This document shows, piece by piece, positions 57,340 to 64,000 of a DNA stretch of 64,000 bases. The stretch covers positions 37,226 through 101,225 of IMG/VR virus record IMGVR_UViG_3300037067_007020. One strand, written 5' to 3'. The DNA comes from a virus. Taxonomy: Duplodnaviria; Caudoviricetes. The notes beneath the pieces were generated by a model, which saw only the letters and a program-made list of their open reading frames with translations, did not search any database and was not told where the DNA came from. The position numbers and the translations under genes were made by a program. The first letter of the stretch is position 1; each line of letters opens with the position of its first letter.

Positions 57340-57614
57340 TAAAACGTGTTTATTTTAATAAATAATTTATAATCTATAAAAATATCTAACTCTCTATTAT
57401 TATATAAATTATTATTAATCACGTAATATTTATTTACTGATTTTAAAATATTATTTATTTCTATTCCTATTAGTAAATTATTATTAATTGTATGATTTAT
57501 TTCTAGTCCATAAATAATATTGTTATTATCTTGCCCAAAATATATTTTATATTCTGCCAAAACTTGAGAAGCAAACAATATCAATATAATAATAATTAAG
57601 AATATTTTTTTCAT
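57339..57614 (-). CDS. secreted beta-rich small protein
   Basis: Signal peptide MKKIFLIIIILILFASQVLA; alternating beta strands; terminal Phe. Confidence 0.6.
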   Translation of the reverse strand: MKKIFLIIIILILFASQVLAEYKIYFGQDNNNIIYGLEINHTINNNLLIGIEINNILKSVNKYYVINNNLYNNRELDIFIDYKLFIKINTF

Positions 57615-57660
57615 TTTGTATTCCCTTCATTTTTCAGATTTTTTATTTCTTGTCTTATTT

Positions 57661-57706
57661 ATTCCCACTATTTTTTATTTTCAAACATTGATAAATTGTG
57701 TTATGT
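57661..57706 (-). promoter_or_regulatory. conserved 46-bp element, copy C
   Basis: ACATAACAC-aatttatca-ATGTTTGAAA-N10-GTGGGAAT. Confidence 0.7.
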
Positions 57707-57976
57707 TGCAATATGCAACACTGTGTTGTTTTTTGCGTCAAAGTTAAAATTTGATTATCAGAACAACAAAAATTTGTATGTTTTTATTTTTTCTCGTGGC
57801 AATTTGCAACATGTTAATAATCAGTACATTATAAAATTGATTGCAGTTAAGCCAAAAACATATTTTTTAACGATGGTATAAAAAATGCATCTTACCAAGG
57901 CACACGGAAACATAACAGAAAAAATACATACCAAATTTTATTGGTATGAAATTTTAGAAAACAGAAGGGAAAAAAC

Positions 57977-58303
57977 ATGAGCATTAAAAACATAACAAAA
58001 ATCATCAGAACTGAACAGGAACAAACATCAACGAATTTGTCAGAAATTGCTATGAAAGCTTTTGAAGGTCAAAATTTTGATGTATTAGGTATTAGCATTA
58101 ATAATTATAATCCTTTTAGAGTTAGAGGAACGAAAATATATCATGCTGGTACGGTTATTCCTTTAGGCTTTTTTAATGAGAAAGGAAAATTTATTATAGA
58201 TGTAAATATGGTATCAGGAACACCACTTGAACAGGCATTATTTACAGAATGTGATATTTTAACAGAAAAATTTGTAAACAAAACACAAAATATAAATGTT
58301 TAG
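57977..58303 (+). CDS. hypothetical early protein
   Basis: First rightward gene; AAGGG RBS. Confidence 0.65.
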   Translation: MSIKNITKIIRTEQEQTSTNLSEIAMKAFEGQNFDVLGISINNYNPFRVRGTKIYHAGTVIPLGFFNEKGKFIIDVNMVSGTPLEQALFTECDILTEKFVNKTQNINV

Positions 58304-58323
58304 AATTTTCAGGAAGTGGGAAT
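58278..58323 (+). promoter_or_regulatory. conserved 46-bp element, copy D
   Basis: ACAAAACAC-aaaatataa-ATGTTTAGAA-N10-GTGGGAAT. Confidence 0.65.
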
Positions 58324-58332
58324 AATAAGAAC

Positions 58333-58626
58333 ATGAACACCAAGAACACGATAGAAAAAATCTTAACAAAGAACAGGAGTAAAGAGAATATGACTGAACA
58401 AAATAAAATGAAAATCAAATATTATTTATTGTGTCTCGAAAATTGTTATTTAAGCATTAGAAATATTTTTTCTGCAATATTTTACTGGTACTTGATTAAT
58501 ATCAGAGGTTTGTTAAATTCGTTAAAATTCCAAATACGATTATATTTTTTGTATAAAAAGTATAATTTTAGAACAGACAATAAACTATTTTATTATAAAT
58601 ACATACCACTGAATAAACTATATTAA
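58333..58626 (+). CDS. hypothetical protein
   Basis: ORF; true start may be ATG 58389 (AGGAG upstream). Confidence 0.5.
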   Translation: MNTKNTIEKILTKNRSKENMTEQNKMKIKYYLLCLENCYLSIRNIFSAIFYWYLINIRGLLNSLKFQIRLYFLYKKYNFRTDNKLFYYKYIPLNKLY

Positions 58627-58652
58627 ATTTTTTAAATAAAAAAGGAAAAAAT

Positions 58653-59531
58653 ATGAAAACTTTTGAAACATGGTTACCAGTATTTCCGGGATTTTATGAA
58701 ACATCGTATAGTTTTTGGAACAATACTGATATTGAACAAAGTATTTGGAACAATTCAGAAAACATTAAACAAGAATATAAGGATTATATTTTAAACAATA
58801 TATGGGATTGTATGATTTATTCATCCATGGAAGAAAAAATAACTAAACAGTGTATTTATTTTCTAAACGATTATTTGCAAAAAGATTTAAACTTGACTGA
58901 CAGTAGTTTCGAGTTTCAGACAATTGATCATCCTAGAGAATATAATTTTAGGAACGACAGTGTGAATGTTATTTTTAAAACCTCACAAACAGACTTAGAA
59001 CTAATAGAAAAATATCTAATAGATAATGAAGAAAAATATACCCAATATGTTAAAGAAAATTTTACGTCTTGTTCAGGTTTTTGGAGTTTTCACAGTAATG
59101 ATATTAATGATTGGTATGAAGAAATAGAAAACATAGTAAACGGTCAAAAAGAAAGTAACCAATATATTTTAGGCAGTGTTTTGAATTTTATTTTGTTCAA
59201 TCACTATAACAACAATAATACAACAAGCTATGATGATATTGAAAGCAATATGCTAGAACATGTGTTAGATTGGTATGACAATAAGATAGATTATGATCAT
59301 GAAAAATTAGTAGAAAATTTTAACATGCATTTTGGAATTAATGAAAAATATAACAACGATACCGATTGTTATGATTTACCGTTTATAAAAATAACAGATT
59401 TATCAGAACTGGAAGACACAGATAAATATGATACACTGTACGAGCATATGAAATGCTTGGAAGAAAAAAAAGAATTGTCTTTTATTGTCCCTATGTTTAG
59501 CAAAGTAATGGAGGTAAAAAAATGTCTTTAA
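58653..59531 (+). CDS. acidic hypothetical early protein
   Basis: 292 aa; FPGFYE, PREYNF.ND, SCSGFWSF motifs recurrent in phage early proteins. Confidence 0.75.
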   Translation: MKTFETWLPVFPGFYETSYSFWNNTDIEQSIWNNSENIKQEYKDYILNNIWDCMIYSSMEEKITKQCIYFLNDYLQKDLNLTDSSFEFQTIDHPREYNFRNDSVNVIFKTSQTDLELIEKYLIDNEEKYTQYVKENFTSCSGFWSFHSNDINDWYEEIENIVNGQKESNQYILGSVLNFILFNHYNNNNTTSYDDIESNMLEHVLDWYDNKIDYDHEKLVENFNMHFGINEKYNNDTDCYDLPFIKITDLSELEDTDKYDTLYEHMKCLEEKKELSFIVPMFSKVMEVKKCL

Positions 59532-59704
59532 AAAATATAAAAATTTTCAGAATGAATATAAATGGACAAAAAATTGATACACATCTAGGATATAAAACAG
59601 ATTATATTTATAATGGAATAAAATACAAATATCCTATAACTAAGATAGGCAATAGTATTAATAAATTGGAACATATAATAATAGCAGGAAGCACACTAAA
59701 TTAA
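59522..59704 (+). CDS. hypothetical protein
   Basis: GGAGG RBS, 60 aa. Confidence 0.55.
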   Translation: MSLKNIKIFRMNINGQKIDTHLGYKTDYIYNGIKYKYPITKIGNSINKLEHIIIAGSTLN

Positions 59705-59725
59705 GTCAATGGGAGGGTTTAAAAA

Positions 59726-60379
59726 ATGTCACAAACAATAACGAAAAAATATGAGGTATTCACGTTTGACGAATTGTCTGAACAGGCAAAAGAAAAAGCC
59801 ATAAATGATTATATCTATCAAGATGATTATGGCTTTCAGCATGAAGACAATCAAGAACAGTTAAAAGAATTGTGTAACCTTCTGGACATAGATATAAAAA
59901 AAATTGAATACGAGTATGGTTATAGAACATATATAAACTGTAAATTTGATATAAATGATATAACCTCTTATATAGATTATAGTAAAAAAGTATCTAATCA
60001 AGGCTTTCATGTTCAAGAAAACAGAACAGGATTAAAATTATATAAATGGATACAAAATAATATAAATATCTATGATAAGAAAAAATTATACAATCACAAT
60101 TATAAAAAATTTCGAATAAGTAAAATATTACATGAAGAACAGATTGAAGATTATTTCATAAAGCCATTATTAAATTTTATATCTAATCCCGATAACAGTA
60201 CAACATGGGAAGACATAGTTAAAGACTGTCTCGAAACATGGATAACAACATGCAATAAAAATTATCTAAGTTATTATAGTTCAGAAAACATATCAGAAAT
60301 TATCAGAGAGAACGAATATGTTTTTTTATCGGACGGGAAAATCTTTACAGAAGGAAAGGAAAAACAATATGAAAATTAA
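59726..60379 (+). CDS. conserved phage early protein
   Basis: FTFDELSEQAKEKA ... ENEYVFLSDG family motifs. Confidence 0.75.
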   Translation: MSQTITKKYEVFTFDELSEQAKEKAINDYIYQDDYGFQHEDNQEQLKELCNLLDIDIKKIEYEYGYRTYINCKFDINDITSYIDYSKKVSNQGFHVQENRTGLKLYKWIQNNINIYDKKKLYNHNYKKFRISKILHEEQIEDYFIKPLLNFISNPDNSTTWEDIVKDCLETWITTCNKNYLSYYSSENISEIIRENEYVFLSDGKIFTEGKEKQYEN

Positions 60380-60473
60380 TAAAAAAGGTATTAGAAGTTT
60401 GTTAATTTGTTTGAATTGTAATAAATGTCCATGCGGGATTAATAAAATTTTAGATTGTCCTAAACAGAAATGA
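60369..60473 (+). CDS. 34-aa Cys-rich peptide (paralog of 56501-56605)
   Basis: MKINKKGIRSLLICLNCNKCPCGINKILDCPKQK. Confidence 0.65.
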   Translation: MKINKKGIRSLLICLNCNKCPCGINKILDCPKQK

Positions 60474-60529
60474 AAAATAAAATACAGAAGTATATCTGTA
60501 TATTTTGCCAGAAAAAAGGAAACAAACAC

Positions 60530-60826
60530 ATGTTAAAAAAATTAGGAAACATAATCAAGGTATCGAACATGACAGGAAAAAATTATAATAAAATACCCAA
60601 TCAGTTTGAAATTGAAACTGACAAGGGGAGAGTATTCCAAAGTTATGACAGTATTATTTGTGCAATATTAACGGCACAAGGAACACAAAAAACATATCTA
60701 GACAACAGATACTGGAACTATTCCAAAACAACAAGTAAATACAGGAATATGTTTTTGAATGAGAATACAAAAGAAACTGAAAAGAAAATAAAATCAGGTG
60801 AATATATTTTAACAGATTTAAACTAA
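60530..60826 (+). CDS. conserved phage early protein
   Basis: PNQF...FQSYDS...WNYSKTTSKYRNMFL; start taken at MLKKLG. Confidence 0.7.
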   Translation: MLKKLGNIIKVSNMTGKNYNKIPNQFEIETDKGRVFQSYDSIICAILTAQGTQKTYLDNRYWNYSKTTSKYRNMFLNENTKETEKKIKSGEYILTDLN

Positions 60827-60839
60827 GAAAGGATTTTGT

Positions 60840-60980
60840 ATGTTAAACAGAACAATTATTGTATGTCCTTGTTGTGGAAATCAAATACACAAACCAAATT
60901 ACAAATTATTATTATCTGTTAGCAATAACAAAAACACCATAGAATGTACAAGATGTTATAGAAAATTAATTTTAGACTAG
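60840..60980 (+). CDS. 46-aa Zn-ribbon protein (not in ORF track)
   Basis: AAGGA RBS; CPCC...CTRC. Confidence 0.55.
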   Translation: MLNRTIIVCPCCGNQIHKPNYKLLLSVSNNKNTIECTRCYRKLILD

Positions 60981-60998
60981 AACAGGAACAATAAAAAA

Positions 60999-61496
60999 AT
61001 GATAAGAAAAAAAATATTTATTCATGATAGTAACACTTATCCGTATGATTTTTATATTCATCCCTCATATATTAAAGTTGTAAGCGGATATAGAAAAAAT
61101 TGTGTATATGTGTGTTTAGGAACATATATTGAAGAGAAATATAACAAATGTCCGGCAGGATGTTTAATACAAAGCTACAAAGAAGAATTATTTAGAATAG
61201 TTGATAACAATGCCGGAAATTATTGTTATGTTCCTGTCAGAAATTCTGAAAAAATAACTTCTAATAAATATTGGAAAATTGTTTTGACTCAATTTTTACA
61301 AGAAAATTTCAAAGGACAATATAAAAAAACAGACATTTATAAAATTATTAACAAATTTAAAAAAATAATTGACTACAACAACAGAGAAAACAGTTTTTAT
61401 TCTGCCGGAATAAATTATAATAATGAAACATATACATCAACAAAAATAGAAGAAATTCTTGAAAGTTTGTATCCAGAAAGGATTGTTAAATCATAG
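60999..61496 (+). CDS. hypothetical protein
   Basis: 165-aa ORF. Confidence 0.65.
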   Translation: MIRKKIFIHDSNTYPYDFYIHPSYIKVVSGYRKNCVYVCLGTYIEEKYNKCPAGCLIQSYKEELFRIVDNNAGNYCYVPVRNSEKITSNKYWKIVLTQFLQENFKGQYKKTDIYKIINKFKKIIDYNNRENSFYSAGINYNNETYTSTKIEEILESLYPERIVKS

Positions 61497-61659
61497 GAAC
61501 ATTAATAATTATATCGATTATATTGTATTTATTTTATATATTGTTCTTCAAGATACCAGAACAGCAAGCTAAAAAGCATAACCATTTTAATAACAATTTT
61601 ACAACAAGAAGGTTAAGACATTATCAAAAAAGATTTTTTAACAACAGGAGGTAATAAAA

Positions 61660-61992
61660 ATGACAACAACGAATAAAATTATTTATAAAAACAAATACGG
61701 AAAATTAGAAATTGAACCTATTGCAGATTATCAACACGTTTCTGAAATTCATTCAAAAAATGTAAATCAAGATTGTTTTTTTGACATTAATACCGCTGAA
61801 AAAATAGCACTAATAACAGATAATCATAATATACAAATATCTTTTGCACACGGAAATTTTAAAGAATTTTATTTAGTACATCATATAAAATCTGATATAG
61901 CAAGAGTGTGTAAAATTAATTATGTTGTATTTGATAACAATATAAATGCCACAAAAGAAATTGAATTGTTAAAGGAAAATATAGTATTTTGA
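61660..61992 (+). CDS. hypothetical protein
   Basis: AGGAGG RBS. Confidence 0.65.
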   Translation: MTTTNKIIYKNKYGKLEIEPIADYQHVSEIHSKNVNQDCFFDINTAEKIALITDNHNIQISFAHGNFKEFYLVHHIKSDIARVCKINYVVFDNNINATKEIELLKENIVF

Positions 61993-62076
61993 CAAAACCA
62001 ACAAGGAATTATTAATTAAATTTTTACAAGATATTGTATCAATATCTTAATTATTTGATAAAGGAAGAAAAAAGAC

Positions 62077-62319
62077 ATGAAAAAATCTGAAAAGATGTTA
62101 TTACAAATAAGAAAACATTATACATATGAAAATTTATGTTATATCAATCATGCTGATTTAATAAGACATTTACAAAACAATGAAATTGATCATCTTACAC
62201 AAAGTAAATATATTTATAACGGTTATGATATATCTTTTGACAATAGCTTATGTATTTTTTATTATTCCGACAAATCAGTATTGATAGTAAATTGTGACGG
62301 TAGTTTATCGGCATATTGA
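62077..62319 (+). CDS. hypothetical protein
   Basis: 80-aa ORF with RBS. Confidence 0.6.
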   Translation: MKKSEKMLLQIRKHYTYENLCYINHADLIRHLQNNEIDHLTQSKYIYNGYDISFDNSLCIFYYSDKSVLIVNCDGSLSAY

Positions 62320-62346
62320 TAATAGAAACAAAAAAAGGAGAAAAAA

Positions 62347-62655
62347 ATGTCTACTTCAATTTTGATCAAAGGTATTTATAAAAACAATAAACAATTAAAC
62401 ATAGGTATTCATAATCCCTGTAATTATGGATTGTTTGATCAAAAAAAGACCATAGAACTGTTAGAAAAATTTTACAAGTATTTTGTCAACCCGCAAAAAG
62501 CAAACAAGTTTAAGAAGACGAGTTTTGTTGTACATACTACAGAATTGACAACGGGAATGATAATACCAGAACATAACATAACATCGAACAAAATAATTAA
62601 ACTTATTCAGGACATTAATAAAATTGAGGAAAAGAAGGGAAAACAAAATGACTAA
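62347..62655 (+). CDS. hypothetical protein
   Basis: AAGGAG RBS. Confidence 0.6.
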   Translation: MSTSILIKGIYKNNKQLNIGIHNPCNYGLFDQKKTIELLEKFYKYFVNPQKANKFKKTSFVVHTTELTTGMIIPEHNITSNKIIKLIQDINKIEEKKGKQND

Positions 62656-62890
62656 AAACAAAAAACCTTATCTAGTAGAACTGTATGATCAAAATGGACT
62701 ATTTTTGATAAGTGAAAGCGGAAAATATAATAAAACTTTGCCAGAATTTTGTAGTATACAAGAAATAATAAAAGATGTAAAAGAAAAATCAAAACAATTG
62801 ATAATTATTAATTGGGCAAAATATTTAAAGATTGTAGATAATAACGGACAAATTGTAAGAGACACTATCTTGATACATGATAGATTTTAA
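62648..62890 (+). CDS. hypothetical protein
   Basis: AAGGG RBS before ATG 62648 (MTKNKK). Confidence 0.6.
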   Translation: MTKNKKPYLVELYDQNGLFLISESGKYNKTLPEFCSIQEIIKDVKEKSKQLIIINWAKYLKIVDNNGQIVRDTILIHDRF

Positions 62891-62907
62891 ACGGAAAAGG
62901 ACAAAAA

Positions 62908-63471
62908 ATGAGAATATTTTTAAGAAATTTAAAAACCCATGGTTGGGAATCTTATTCAGGCACTAGAACAGAACTAAAAAAAGAATTTAAAAAGAGAGAC
63001 ATTTCTATTGGTTCTGATGTATATATTGGTTATGAAGTATCGATTGGCAATGATGTAAAAATTGGCGAAAATGTATCAATTGATTTTGGTGTAAAAATTG
63101 GCAATAATGTATCAATTGGTTCTTGTGCAGAAATTAGTTTTTGTGCAACAATTAATGATAATGTGACAATTGGCGAAAATGTGTCAATCGGCAATAGTGT
63201 GACAATTGGTTCTTATGCAGAAATTGGCAATGATGTATCAATTGGTTCTTGTGCAGAAATTGGCAATAGTGTATATATTGGCAATGATGTATCAATTGGT
63301 TCTGGTGCAAAAATTAGTTATGATGTATATATTGGTTCTTATGCAGAAATTGGTTTTTGTGCAACAATTAATAATAATGTATCAATTGATCAACATCTTT
63401 ATATCGAAGCGAGAAAAATTATACCTGCCGGAAAAAAACTTACCAATATAAATTTTATTCCGATAAAATAG
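62908..63471 (+). CDS. hexapeptide-repeat (left-handed beta-helix) protein
   Basis: Long run of I-G-x-x-(V/A)-x hexapeptides. Confidence 0.9.
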   Translation: MRIFLRNLKTHGWESYSGTRTELKKEFKKRDISIGSDVYIGYEVSIGNDVKIGENVSIDFGVKIGNNVSIGSCAEISFCATINDNVTIGENVSIGNSVTIGSYAEIGNDVSIGSCAEIGNSVYIGNDVSIGSGAKISYDVYIGSYAEIGFCATINNNVSIDQHLYIEARKIIPAGKKLTNINFIPIK

Positions 63472-63498
63472 AAAAAATTAAAAAAGGAGAGCAGAACA

Positions 63499-63744
63499 AT
63501 GACACTAACTTATAGACTTAAAGAACATGAAGTATTTTTTACTCAAGAACAATTACCCATGATGCAAAAAATACATGGGAAAAATAAAATAAAACTCTGT
63601 ATAAAACTTAAAAAACCAGTTACAATAAAATCAATAAAACACAAAAGAAAAATATTAACAATTAGATCACACTGTTATCCTAAACAAGCACCAACAGCAT
63701 TAAAACATTTAGTAAACACATATGACAATGTGTCAGAACAATAA
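63499..63744 (+). CDS. basic hypothetical protein
   Basis: AAGGAG RBS, 81 aa. Confidence 0.55.
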   Translation: MTLTYRLKEHEVFFTQEQLPMMQKIHGKNKIKLCIKLKKPVTIKSIKHKRKILTIRSHCYPKQAPTALKHLVNTYDNVSEQ

Positions 63745-63776
63745 TTAACAAAAAAAGATAAAAAAAAGGACAAAAA

Positions 63777-64000
63777 ATGAAAATATTTTTAAGAAATTTA
63801 AAAACCCAGAATTGGGAATCGTATTCAGGCACTAGAACAGAACTACAAAAAGAATTTAAAAAGAGAGACATTTCTATAGGCAATGGAGCAAGTATAGGCG
63901 ATTGTGCAATTATAGGCAATAGAGCAAGTATACTCAAAACTCCACAAACTTTTTCAGCCTTGAACATTCTTTTACTTTTAGGAATTGTGTTTGACAAGAA
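63777..64000 (+). CDS. paralog of the 62908 protein with a short hexapeptide tract; 3'-truncated by the window
   Basis: MKIFLRNLKTQNWESYSGTRTELQKEFKKRDISIGNGASIGDCAIIGNRASI...; RBS and the first ~100 nt are nearly identical to 62895-63008. Confidence 0.8.
   Translation, partial: MKIFLRNLKTQNWESYSGTRTELQKEFKKRDISIGNGASIGDCAIIGNRASILKTPQTFSALNILLLLGIVFDK

Noticed and set aside
56123-58323. Repeated 46-bp element as a CRISPR or mini-CRISPR array
   Set aside because: Copies are hundreds of bp apart, internally degenerate, on both strands and separated by genes
62908-63880. Near-identical ~100-bp repeats as a DGR template/variable pair
   Set aside because: Mismatches are not confined to adenines (T/G changes present), the repeats are at gene 5' ends, and there is no reverse transcriptase in the window
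63680-63997. 105-aa minus-strand ORF
   Set aside because: Shadow of the plus-strand paralog starting at 63777
1-64000. Stop-codon reassignment
   Set aside because: Long genes are intact and tightly tiled under code 11, using TAA, TAG and TGA stops; the only breaks are frameshifts

Overview
AT-rich 64-kb segment of a large, long-tailed (siphovirus-type) dsDNA bacteriophage. It uses the standard genetic code, and I saw no tRNA, rRNA, CRISPR array or integrase. The host is probably an anaerobe (class III RNR) and may be diderm. Layout: (i) 1-1.6 kb, + strand: end of a replication/accessory block (T7 gp2.5-like SSB, HEXXH protein, stand-alone CysRS C-terminal-like domain). (ii) About 1.5-51.8 kb: a ~50-kb co-directional minus-strand block. 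Read 5'->3', it has a PD-(D/E)XK nuclease, two glycosyltransferases, NrdD with two LAGLIDADG inteins and a glutaredoxin-like partner. Next is a glycan island (5 more glycosyltransferases, RmlC, frameshifted RmlD-like, flavoprotein, 2 methyltransferase-fold proteins, with an M15 endolysin embedded). Then come terminase, portal, a LamG fibre, protease/scaffold/cement/capsid, neck, tail tube, a G/GT chaperone with a -1 frameshift, tape measure, Dit, tail hub, fibre paralogs and holin/spanin-like genes. (iii) 51.8-54.6 kb: a divergent promoter region with AAGGTC repeats, then clpP and hypotheticals. (iv) 54.6-64 kb: a gene-poor stretch, then small divergently transcribed early-type genes, several preceded by a conserved 46-bp element, ending in duplicated hexapeptide-repeat genes. 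The most striking observation is that predicted outer virion proteins are strongly and directionally enriched in a Ser-Gly dipeptide (27 SG vs 4 GS in one fibre, counted by hand). The same block encodes 7 glycosyltransferases plus sugar-tailoring enzymes, which suggests a phage-encoded, sequon-directed virion O-glycosylation system. All assignments are from motif recognition by eye; no searches were run.
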